Positions 18,205 through 28,354 of a stretch of 64,000 nucleotides of DNA are shown one piece after another. This stretch comes from Gemmatimonadales bacterium. Lineage in GTDB: Bacteria > Gemmatimonadota > Gemmatimonadetes > Gemmatimonadales > GWC2-71-9. Below the pieces are notes generated by a model, which worked only from the letters and a program-made list of their open reading frames with translations, made no database searches and was not told where the DNA came from. The stretch spans positions 64,001-128,000 of the forward strand of contig JBFGJG010000001.1 in the NCBI GenBank assembly GCA_041577295.1, written 5' to 3'. Made by a program: the position numbers and the translations under genes. Every line of letters begins with the position of its first letter. Within the stretch, counting starts at the first letter, position 1.

Positions 18205-20291
18205 TAGGCGCCGTTCCCTGGGCTCACGCTCGCGGCGCGTACAATATCCGGGTCGGGCGAACGTGCCGCGGCGGCGAGGGCCTTTTGCGCGCCTGGGTGA
18301 TCGGCAAACCGATGGAGCGCTTCGAGGGCGGCCAGGTACTCCGGTGACTTGGGTCGTCGTGTCCGAAAGAACCCGCGCCGCGGCCGCGCGAGTTCGAGTA
18401 GAGTTTCGAGCGCGCTTCGCTGGCGGCTGTTGCCCAGCGCCCTGATGGCCAGGACACGAAGGTCCTCGGGAGTCTCGGGACTCGTTCGCGCCACGATGAG
18501 CGAGAGAGCCGCGTCGGGACAGTGTTCGAGAGCCGCATTCAACCCGAGGCGAACCGTGCGGGGGTCCTCGTCCGCGAGCGCGTGACAGACCGCACGCTCG
18601 CGAGTGTCGGGGTCGATCATCATGATGCGCAACGCTTCACGCCGAACCCGAGGATCGCGGTTGTGAATGAAGTCCGCAGGATGAAACCCTTCGGGTCGCT
18701 CGCGGAGTGAGCCGAGGATGACGAGCATGTTGCGCTGCACGAACCACCTCGGATCGCTGAGCCGTGCCATCGCCAACGGGCCAACCTCAGGACCGATTTG
18801 TCCCAAACGGTCGAGCAGTAGACGGCGAGTACGCCCCGAATCTGCCTCAGCCAGCGCTTCGATCATGTTGTTGGCCGCAGCTTGTCCCATTCGGGGGAGG
18901 ATGCGGTCGAGCGCCTCGACGTCGAGTCGGTCAGCAATCAGCAAGCGCTCCAACGTATCGGCACTCGCCACCAGTTCCTCGATTGCGCGCAGTGCGTCGG
19001 TCGGTCGTAGACTCGAGCCTTCCGCCTCGTCGAGCGTACTCAAGAGCCACGCGAGGTCTCCCTCGTCGAGCAGTCGGTGCACGGCCCGGGTGACCAGCTC
19101 ACCGGGGGCATCTGCCTCGAGGGCCATCTGGACGATGCGTCTCGGCTCGACCTGGAAGCGCTGATCGGGTGACACCGCAAACAGCGGTTCCACCGCAGCC
19201 ATCGTCTGTAACGCCTCCCGGTACGCGTCTGGGTTGGGATCGCTCAACGTCCAGTGACGGATGAGCTCTGACACCTGCTCGCGAATGGCGAGGTCGGCTT
19301 CGGTGCGTCGGCGATCGTTCCCGGACTCAGCGTATCGGGCGAGCTTTTGCAGCATGCGCAAGAGCGATTGCGACGCCACCTGGCCGTGCGCCTCCTCGGT
19401 CGCGGCGTGCACGAGATCGATCACCGCGTCGATGGCGAGGGTATGGGACGCGTCGAGCACGAACTGTCGGTTTTGCACCTGATCGCCACCCATGGCGAGC
19501 AGCGTCCCCAACGTCTTGCGATCCAGCCCGGCGATCAGCTGCGACATGCGACGACGTAAGGAGAGGGCTTCCTGGCCCTCCGACATGCGTAACTCTTCGG
19601 CGAGCTGCAACATGTATCCCACGATCACTTGATCGTATGCGGACCCTCGCTGGTGCTCGTCGATTGCGCGGGCGACGACCGACGGTTCTGCGGCTGCTGC
19701 TTGGTCTTCCTCGATGGCCGTGTCCGCGCTCGCAAGCGCGGCCTGTGCCATACCGATCCACAATTGCTCGGCGCGGGATATCCGCGCTTGTATCTCACCC
19801 GTTTCGTCGCTGAACTGCAGCCGGTCATACGACAACGGGTGAACCCGAATGTTGAACCAAGAAGGGGGTGAGGTCTCACACGACGGGCCGAGCGGCTCGC
19901 CACTCCGCTCCGGATCCACCGCCACCGTGTTGAGGAATTCCCGTAACTCATCGAGGGTTACACCGCGGCGGAACGTGACGGCACCGAGCTGGTGGCGATG
20001 CAGCCGCGAGGCGAGATCCTTCAGGACCGGGTTGCGCGAATCGGTGGCGACTCCCTCAATGACGAGGCGTGAGCGCGCGACCCCCAGGGAAATGCTGCTG
20101 CGGTCTGCGAGGAGCTCGGTGAGTCGGTTTCCGACCCGTAAACACGCCGGCTGAAGGGACGGGTGCCCGTCCGGATACATCGCGTGGCGGTGGAGGGCGA
20201 TCGAGAACTCGATGAGGAAGTCACCGAGCTGTCGGGATAGCGCTGCGCGCTCGGCGCGCGGGGGGGCCGTCACATCCGTCGATGGGTTCAA
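18204..20291 (-). CDS. HEAT-repeat protein
   Basis: MYPDGHPS N-terminal domain; DPRWFVQRN and DPRVRREAL HEAT-like repeats. Confidence 0.85.
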   Translation of the reverse strand: MNPSTDVTAPPRAERAALSRQLGDFLIEFSIALHRHAMYPDGHPSLQPACLRVGNRLTELLADRSSISLGVARSRLVIEGVATDSRNPVLKDLASRLHRHQLGAVTFRRGVTLDELREFLNTVAVDPERSGEPLGPSCETSPPSWFNIRVHPLSYDRLQFSDETGEIQARISRAEQLWIGMAQAALASADTAIEEDQAAAAEPSVVARAIDEHQRGSAYDQVIVGYMLQLAEELRMSEGQEALSLRRRMSQLIAGLDRKTLGTLLAMGGDQVQNRQFVLDASHTLAIDAVIDLVHAATEEAHGQVASQSLLRMLQKLARYAESGNDRRRTEADLAIREQVSELIRHWTLSDPNPDAYREALQTMAAVEPLFAVSPDQRFQVEPRRIVQMALEADAPGELVTRAVHRLLDEGDLAWLLSTLDEAEGSSLRPTDALRAIEELVASADTLERLLIADRLDVEALDRILPRMGQAAANNMIEALAEADSGRTRRLLLDRLGQIGPEVGPLAMARLSDPRWFVQRNMLVILGSLRERPEGFHPADFIHNRDPRVRREALRIMMIDPDTRERAVCHALADEDPRTVRLGLNAALEHCPDAALSLIVARTSPETPEDLRVLAIRALGNSRQRSALETLLELARPRRGFFRTRRPKSPEYLAALEALHRFADHPGAQKALAAAARSPDPDIVRAASVSPGNGA

Positions 20292-20333
20292 CGGTTCGGC
20301 GCTCCAAGAATCGGTAAAGTGAGCCGCGTGCCG

Positions 20334-20717
20334 TTAGCCACCGGCTTTCGTTCGCATCGCCGGTGGTTTTGGGAGGGGCACGCCTGCCGGTCGTGGTGTG
20401 GGAGGGCCGATTCGCACCATCGAGATCGGCTCCTCCAAATCGCCACCGGAGAACGTGAGCGTGTCGCCTTGCAGAAGGTAGTTGTAGCCAACCCATTCGT
20501 CGCCGAAAGCGATGAACATCGTGTCGGCCACCATGCGCCACCGGACGGTCTCATCGCCAAAGCTCGCGGAAGAGTCGGGGCGCACCACCAAGCTCTGAGG
20601 CCCGTCCGGCGTCTCCACCTGCCAGGTGCCAGCCACAGGCGGCCCGGATTGGCCGCCGACGGGCGCCGCGACGATCGTAAGAACCAGGATGGACAAGAGT
20701 AGCCGACGTAACGTCAT
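20334..20717 (-). CDS. Secreted hypothetical protein (small beta-rich fold)
   Basis: Signal peptide, VAGTW motif, Pro-rich tail. Confidence 0.65.
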   Translation of the reverse strand: MTLRRLLLSILVLTIVAAPVGGQSGPPVAGTWQVETPDGPQSLVVRPDSSASFGDETVRWRMVADTMFIAFGDEWVGYNYLLQGDTLTFSGGDLEEPISMVRIGPPTPRPAGVPLPKPPAMRTKAGG

Positions 20718-20800
20718 GGCAGGAAATTAGTAAGCCCGCCGACACCGCGCCACGGGATTGTGGCCGACAACGGTCCTTGCTGCAGGCAAAGGAGTCCTTC

Positions 20801-21799
20801 ATGCGCGTTCCGATCATGCTGCTGATCCCCGGGCTGGCCGGCCTGGTTTCCCCCGCCCCGGCTCAGACGGCCCCACGACCCGTGCATACCTACTCGATCG
20901 TGGCATGGGATTCAGTGACGGGTGACCTGGGAGTTGCTGTCCAATCCCATTGGTTTAGCGTCGGAAGCGTGGTGCCCTGGCTCGAGCCCGGGGTGGGAGC
21001 GGTCGCGACCCAGTCGTTTGTCGAGCCGGCGTACGGACCGCGGGCTCTGGCGCTCTTACGCACGGGGATCCCTGCGCCGGAAGTCCTCGCGGCCTTGCTC
21101 CGCGCGGACCCGGACAGCCAGGTACGGCAGGTTGCCGTGATCGACGCCCAGGGACGCGTGGCTGCGCACACTGGCTCACGCAACATCCCCGCTGCGGGCC
21201 ACCATCTCGGTGTGGGATACTCCGTTCAGGCCAACCTCATGCGGAACGACGCGGTGTGGCCTGCCATGGCACGCGTCTTCGAGACGGCCGGTGGAGATTT
21301 GGCCGATCGTCTTCTCGCCGCGCTCGAGGTGGCAGAGGCACACGGAGGCGATATCCGAGGTCAGCAGTCGGCGGCGCTCGTCGTCGTGAGCGGCAACGCG
21401 AGTCCTCGTCCCTGGGAGCGGATCTTTGATCTACGGGTCGAGGATTCTCCGGATCCCCTCGGCGAGCTACGGCGGTTGTTGCGGGTCGCTCGCGCGTATC
21501 GTGCGGCGATAGAGGGAGACAGCTACGTGACGGCTGGGTTGATCGACTCGGCACTCGCGGCCTACGGGCGGGCGGCAAGGATGCTACCGGACAGCGCAAC
21601 CAACGGCGAACTCGTCTACTGGCAGGCAGTCACGCTCACCGATCTGGGCCGAATCCGAGATGCTGAACCGCTCTTTGCACGCGCGTTCGCTCAGGACCCG
21701 AGTTGGGCCGAGCTGTTGAGGCGACTGCCAGCTGTTGGACTGCTGCGTGCTGACTCCGCCACGATTGAGCGGATCATTGGCACGGCAATGCCGAGGTGA
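20801..21799 (+). CDS. DUF1028 (Ntn-hydrolase-like) protein with C-terminal TPR-like helices
   Basis: AAGGAG RBS; TYSIVA..TGDLGVAVQS, GVGAVATQ, GGDIRGQQSAAL, DLRVED. Confidence 0.9.
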   Translation: MRVPIMLLIPGLAGLVSPAPAQTAPRPVHTYSIVAWDSVTGDLGVAVQSHWFSVGSVVPWLEPGVGAVATQSFVEPAYGPRALALLRTGIPAPEVLAALLRADPDSQVRQVAVIDAQGRVAAHTGSRNIPAAGHHLGVGYSVQANLMRNDAVWPAMARVFETAGGDLADRLLAALEVAEAHGGDIRGQQSAALVVVSGNASPRPWERIFDLRVEDSPDPLGELRRLLRVARAYRAAIEGDSYVTAGLIDSALAAYGRAARMLPDSATNGELVYWQAVTLTDLGRIRDAEPLFARAFAQDPSWAELLRRLPAVGLLRADSATIERIIGTAMPR

Positions 21800-21800
21800 C

Positions 21801-21826
21801 ATGCCGGGGCCCTCCGGCCCCGGCAT
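21801..21826. terminator. Hairpin between convergent genes
   Basis: ATGCCGGGGCC-CTCC-GGCCCCGGCAT, perfect 11 bp stem. Confidence 0.7.
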
Positions 21827-21836
21827 CTAAGCTGCG

Positions 21837-23003
21837 CTAGAGTGATCGGAGAAATTCGAGGAGCGCAGTTCTCTCAGCGTCGGTAAGTGCTTGGAACAGA
21901 GCTCGGGAGCCATCGGCTTCGCCGCCGTGTAGCTCGATAGCACCCTGGATGGTCGTTGCGCGACCGTCATGCAAAAACCGATTCATGTGCCGTAAACCCA
22001 TCAGCGGCTCGGTACGAAACTCGGCCGGCTGGGCATCGAGGCCGAGACACATGTCCGCGAGCTCGGGTCCCATGTCGTGCAATAGCAGGTCGGTGTAGGC
22101 TGATACCTCTTTGTTCGACAGGGCGCTGACCGGGTGATCTCCCGTCCTAAGCGTCGGGATATGGCACTTGGCGCACCCCACCCGTTCAAACACATCCCGG
22201 CCCCGCTCTCCTACGGTCGTGAGGTCGCGTGGCGCGGGCGGGGCCGAGAATCGAACGAACGCGTCGGCCAGACCGATGTCGGAAGCGATGATCTCGGGAT
22301 CGGCTGCGGGATCGACGCCAGCGGGTAGCGGATCGCCGGCTACGGTGTTCTCCTCGGGTGCGTTTGGTGTGGTGATGCCCTGCTCCAAGAGGAACGCGCC
22401 CTCGTTGAACTCAAGCAGCGTCGGTACTAGCGCCTTCCTACCGAAGCGGCCAATGCGCCCGTCAAAGAAGCGATTCGGACGACCCGAGATGCCGTCTCCA
22501 TCGCTGTCGTCAGGATCCGAAAGCGCGAGGATCGTAGCCTCCGGGATGGCGTCGAGCAGCCCGAATCCAAACACGTCCGGAGTGGTGCGGATCCCAGAGT
22601 CGGTCGCTTCGGGCGGCAACGGCTCCCGATCGATGCCGAGGGCTTGGCGGAGAGCATCGGTAACGAGCCGCTGATACACCGGGCCGCCCTTGTCAGCCAA
22701 GGGATCGCAAAAGCCGTTCGGCAGCAAGGCACTCGCGTGGATCTCGCTGATGGCACCGGCGCCACCACGCGCCGGAGCATTGTGGCACGCAATGCAACCC
22801 GCGGCGTTGAACAACGGCCCCACCCCGGTCGCCGCCGTGAATATCGTGTCGAACCACACCTTACCGGCCTCGAAACGCCCACGCTCCGCAGCCGTCAGGC
22901 CTCGCAACGGATCGCCCGGTTCAGGCGTTTTGGGACAGGCCCCCACCACGACGGCGGCGATCCCAAGCAGGGTCATCCGCCACAGCGTTCCCCGCCCGTT
23001 CAT
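21837..23003 (-). CDS. Di-heme oxidoreductase family (DHOR) lipoprotein
   Basis: VGAC lipobox; GVGPLFNAAGCIACH, FGFGLLDAI, DPDDSDGDGISGR, GRFGRKA, GCAKCH, YTDLLLHDMG, FLHDGRA. Confidence 0.9.
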   Translation of the reverse strand: MNGRGTLWRMTLLGIAAVVVGACPKTPEPGDPLRGLTAAERGRFEAGKVWFDTIFTAATGVGPLFNAAGCIACHNAPARGGAGAISEIHASALLPNGFCDPLADKGGPVYQRLVTDALRQALGIDREPLPPEATDSGIRTTPDVFGFGLLDAIPEATILALSDPDDSDGDGISGRPNRFFDGRIGRFGRKALVPTLLEFNEGAFLLEQGITTPNAPEENTVAGDPLPAGVDPAADPEIIASDIGLADAFVRFSAPPAPRDLTTVGERGRDVFERVGCAKCHIPTLRTGDHPVSALSNKEVSAYTDLLLHDMGPELADMCLGLDAQPAEFRTEPLMGLRHMNRFLHDGRATTIQGAIELHGGEADGSRALFQALTDAERTALLEFLRSL

Positions 23004-23353
23004 CGTCGGCCTCCCGTGCGTTGGAGGACCTCAATGCGGTGTGCGATCATCTCACTCCCACGGGTAACGTATTCAACGAGAACGACCTGCCCTTGCTGGA
23101 TCTCGTGAAAGGTGGCGTCGCGTCCGGCCATGCGGATCTCGCAATCTTCATCGACATCGAGCTTCACGACGCGCAGCGCCAGTGAAATACCGGTGATGGT
23201 CTCCAGGGTCATCGGGGTGGCTTTCACGTCCTTGACCGTTCCCATCACGGTGTCAGTCTGGGCCTCCAGTTCAGCGGTTGGGGAAACCGTCGGGGCCAGA
23301 AGCGTCAAAGAGATGACGAGACTAGCGATGAACCACGAGCAACGGATGAACAT
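23000..23353 (-). CDS. Small exported protein (OB-fold/DUF5666-like)
   Basis: Signal peptide; GTVKDV ... EIQQGQVVLVEY ... AHRIEV; overlaps the DHOR start. Confidence 0.65.
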   Translation of the reverse strand: MFIRCSWFIASLVISLTLLAPTVSPTAELEAQTDTVMGTVKDVKATPMTLETITGISLALRVVKLDVDEDCEIRMAGRDATFHEIQQGQVVLVEYVTRGSEMIAHRIEVLQRTGGRR

Positions 23354-23456
23354 GTGCACCCCCTTCGAACAGCGCCGTGGGCCGAGTCGAGTGGCTTCAA
23401 GATAGGGATTTGCAGGAAGATGGGACAGAGTAACGATGAAGGGGTCCATGAAGCGA

Positions 23457-23484
23457 AACGCCCCGGGGGTGACCCCGGGGCGTT
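23457..23484 (-). terminator. groEL terminator
   Basis: AACGCCCCGGGG-GTGA-CCCCGGGGCGTT just past the groEL stop. Confidence 0.8.
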
Positions 23485-23506
23485 CCACAAACACAGCGGA
23501 GGTGGT

Positions 23507-25162
<1,656 letters not shown>

Positions 25163-25166
25163 TTAC

Positions 25167-25481
25167 CTACTCGATGACAGCCAGAACGTCGGCTTCCTTG
25201 ATGATGAGCAGTTCGCTATCATCCACGTTTACTTCGGTACCGCTGTACTTCCCGTACAACACGCGCTGACCAACCTTGAGCTCCATCGGGATCCGCTCGC
25301 CCTTCTCGAAGCGGCCCGGACCCACCGCGATGATCTCGCCCTGCTGGGGCTTCTCCTTCGCCGTGTCCGGGATGTAGAGCCCGCCGCGCATGGTCTCCGT
25401 CTCCTCGAGGGGACGAATCACCACGCGATCGGCCAGCGGCTGGACCTTGACCTTGGACTTGCCCTTGGTAGCTGTGGCCAT
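25167..25481 (-). CDS. groES: Co-chaperonin GroES
   Basis: PLADRVVI, GGLYIPDTAKEKPQQG. Confidence 0.98.
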   Translation of the reverse strand: MATATKGKSKVKVQPLADRVVIRPLEETETMRGGLYIPDTAKEKPQQGEIIAVGPGRFEKGERIPMELKVGQRVLYGKYSGTEVNVDDSELLIIKEADVLAVIE

Positions 25482-25535
25482 GCGTACAGCCCTCCGATGC
25501 GTCGTAAGATATTGTTGTTCGATGACTTGACGAGA

Positions 25536-25562
25536 TTAGCACTCGTAGATGGCGAGTGCTAA
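25536..25562. promoter_or_regulatory. CIRCE element (HrcA operator)
   Basis: Perfect TTAGCACTC-N9-GAGTGCTAA upstream of groES. Confidence 0.97.
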
Positions 25563-25605
25563 CGGATTGAAAAATAGAGTGCCCAACCTGCGTGTCAAGG
25601 GCTCA

Positions 25606-27747
25606 TTACTGGAGGGTGCTTCCAGCGGGGGCTTCGATGGAGGCAAGCGCGGCGCCGAGCGCGCCCGCCGCACCTTGGAGACGGATCGCCAGGTCAGCGA
25701 CTTCGCGGGCCATCCGTGCCTGATCGTTGTCCCGCAATGCTTCCCGAATCGCCGGGAGGGGCATGTTGCCGTACCCGTTGTCTCGGTCCGCGGCGAAGAG
25801 GAGGTTGCGCATCCAGGGGCGGTCGGTGAGCCCCTCGACACGGGTCAGTTCCTTGTCGACGCGCAGCAACGACCGATTGACGTTGGTCCAGCGGCGTTGG
25901 CCTGTCGCCGCGAGGGCGGCGTCGCGCGCAGCTTGGAACTCAGCGGCGACGCGTCCGAGGGTTTGCGCGGCATTGCGTAACCGTTCGAGGTCGAGGGTCC
26001 AACCCCGATCCTCGAGGTCGCTTTCCAGGTCTGCGATGAGCTCGAGGATCTGTAGTGCCAGTCCCGCGTGATCGTAGGGGAGCACGTCCGCGTTCGACAG
26101 GCGCGCCGCCAGCGTCCCTGCACTCTGGGCAGCTCCGCGATGAGCCCGGTAGTCGGGATCGCCGAACCTCCTCATCCACGCGTAGGAGTCGTACGCGGAA
26201 TGGTACACGCCGCCTGATCCACCAAACCCGAGATTGGCGGCTGGAATACCGAGCAGGTTGTAGAAGCCGACGAAGTCCGAGCCACCGCCCAAGTCGCCGA
26301 CTCCCGCCTCCGCGTCGTCAGGTGTCTGGTCCCGCCAGTGCCGATACAGGGTGGCGTGGTCTCCAAACGGGTCCGGCACTTCCGCCATGGTTTCCCGTAA
26401 GAGCTTCTTGAGCGCTCCGGCACCACTTGCGCCAAAAGTTTGACCCGACGCGACCGCATCCTGGTTGATGTACGCAACGACCTTTGCGCTCAGCTCGTCG
26501 GCGTGCTGCTCCACCCACTCCCAGGAGCCGATGAGCCCCCACTCTTCAGCATCCCACGTAGCGAACACGATGGTGCGTCGAGGACGGGAGCCTTCCGCAG
26601 CCAGTAGGCCGAATGCTCGCGCCATCTCGAGGACGCTCGCGGTACCGCTCACATTGTCGATCGCCCCGGGCCCCCAGGCGTCACGATGCGCGCCGATCAC
26701 CACCCACTCGTCGGGATTGGTGCTACCTGGAATGATGGCGATGGTGTTGTAGATGGCGTGCATGGCGGCGAGACCTCGCTCAGTCTCCACGGTGAGCTCG
26801 GCGACGACCGGTCCTGGTCCAACGTGATATCGAAACGGCAGACCACCCTGCCAGTCTTGGTCCGGAAGGTTGGCGCCGCGGACATCTCGCAGCAGCTCCG
26901 CGGCGGTTCCATACCCCACAGGAAGTACGGGAATCCGAGCGATGCCGACCATCTCATCCTCAGGCACCCGAGGCGCCCCCCACGTCGAGGGTGTGGTTGG
27001 CGTGCTGGGATCGCCTCGCCCGTTCTTGATGCTGCCCCGTTGCACTCCAAACTCCGGGCGAAAGGGTCCCTCGGGATACACGTCGCCCCGGACATAGCCG
27101 TCATCCGCCGGGTCCGAAAACAAGATGAGACCTGCCGCACCTCGTTGCTCGGCCTCGCGGGCTTTGATACCTCGAAACGAGCGACCGTACCGCGCCACGG
27201 CGATCTTCCCAGCCACACTCACGCCGAGCGAGTCGAGCAACTTATAATCCTCTATGAGGCCGTAATTGACGTAGACGACCTCGCCCATCGCACTCCCCCG
27301 TCCGGAGTACCCGTTGAACGCTGGGAAAATCTGGCCGCGCGTCGCGGGATCCTGCTCCAGGACTGGCTCGGTGATAGTAAGGTCCTGCGGCTGGGGAGCG
27401 ATGCGTCTCAGCACGAGGGTCAGCGGGTGTGGCAGATAGACGAGAAACGAGTCGATGCGGCTCTCGAGACCCCAACGGCGGGTGAGGCTATCGACGTACC
27501 TCGCGGTCCACCGCTGGCGGGGGGTACCTGCGACGTGCGGTTCAGCACTCAAGGCGCGCGACCACTGGCGCGCATGCGCCGTGTCGATCAAGGCGCGAAT
27601 CCGCGATTCGTATTGTCGTTGCACCGAGACCCGACGCGGGGTGAAGCCAGTCATCGGAACGGCGTCCTGCGCCGCGAGCGACGTCGAACCTCCCGTCGCA
27701 CAGAGTGCAGCGGCGATCAGGTAACAAAACCCCCTCAGACACAGCAT
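25606..27747 (-). CDS. M28 family peptidase (glutamate carboxypeptidase II/transferrin receptor-like, PA domain)
   Basis: YVNYG, ARYGRSFRG, GAHRDAW, GAIDNVSG, WDAEEWGLIGS, GGGSDF, YHSAYD. Confidence 0.93.
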   Translation of the reverse strand: MLCLRGFCYLIAAALCATGGSTSLAAQDAVPMTGFTPRRVSVQRQYESRIRALIDTAHARQWSRALSAEPHVAGTPRQRWTARYVDSLTRRWGLESRIDSFLVYLPHPLTLVLRRIAPQPQDLTITEPVLEQDPATRGQIFPAFNGYSGRGSAMGEVVYVNYGLIEDYKLLDSLGVSVAGKIAVARYGRSFRGIKAREAEQRGAAGLILFSDPADDGYVRGDVYPEGPFRPEFGVQRGSIKNGRGDPSTPTTPSTWGAPRVPEDEMVGIARIPVLPVGYGTAAELLRDVRGANLPDQDWQGGLPFRYHVGPGPVVAELTVETERGLAAMHAIYNTIAIIPGSTNPDEWVVIGAHRDAWGPGAIDNVSGTASVLEMARAFGLLAAEGSRPRRTIVFATWDAEEWGLIGSWEWVEQHADELSAKVVAYINQDAVASGQTFGASGAGALKKLLRETMAEVPDPFGDHATLYRHWRDQTPDDAEAGVGDLGGGSDFVGFYNLLGIPAANLGFGGSGGVYHSAYDSYAWMRRFGDPDYRAHRGAAQSAGTLAARLSNADVLPYDHAGLALQILELIADLESDLEDRGWTLDLERLRNAAQTLGRVAAEFQAARDAALAATGQRRWTNVNRSLLRVDKELTRVEGLTDRPWMRNLLFAADRDNGYGNMPLPAIREALRDNDQARMAREVADLAIRLQGAAGALGAALASIEAPAGSTLQ

Positions 27748-27750
27748 ACG

Positions 27751-28299
27751 CTATTCGCCACGACTCCAATACGGTTCGAGCTCCACGCCGAGTCCATCCG
27801 CCAGCCGATTGACGTAATTGTAGTAGCAGGTGACCTGACACACATCGAGGATCTCGGCATCCGTCATCCCGATGTCCCGCAGGGGCTGGAGATCCTCCGG
27901 CAGCATCGCCTGGGGCGTCCTCGTCAGCTTCACCGCATACTCCAGCATCGCACGCTCGCGGGGTGAGAGTGCCGCCGCGCGAAAGTCACGCTCCAACGCG
28001 CGGACCTTGTCCTCATCCCGTAGTAGCCGACGGAGACCCGCTCCGTGATGTCGCAGTCAGTACTCACACTCATTTATCGCTGACACAACCACAGCGATCA
28101 TCTCGCGCTCGGCAAGCGTGAGGGGCGATGGGCCCCGCATGAGGTGGCGATAATACTCATAATGCCCCCTCAGCGATTCCGGATTGAGCGCGTGAATTTT
28201 GAGAATGTGATCCACGCCGTGAGGCCCGGCGCAGCGCTCGTACAGCTCTCGAAGCGGCCCGTCAGCGTCTTCTTCATCGACCCAGCTGATCCACGCCAT
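27751..28299 (-). CDS. AhpD/CMD-like peroxidase-related protein, probable selenoprotein (Sec81, CxxU)
   Basis: ORFs 28057-28299 and 27751-27996 are one frame joined by a single TGA: REMIAVVVSAINECEY-U-LRHHGAGLRRLL...YYNYVNRLADGLG; 182 aa. Confidence 0.85.
28030..28046 (-). promoter_or_regulatory. Candidate bacterial SECIS hairpin
   Basis: mRNA ACGGAG-CGGGU-CUCCGU; the loop begins 16 nt after the UGA and has G at position 2. Confidence 0.6.
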
Positions 28300-28354
28300 C
28301 GTCAGAACGCTTCCTTTCGGCAGCCCGAGCTCAGCGCCAGGCCTGCGGATCAGA

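Noticed and set aside
27751..28299. Pseudogene or two separate small genes
   Set aside because: The single TGA falls exactly on the catalytic Cys column, the frame is intact and a SECIS-like hairpin follows, so recoding is the simpler explanation
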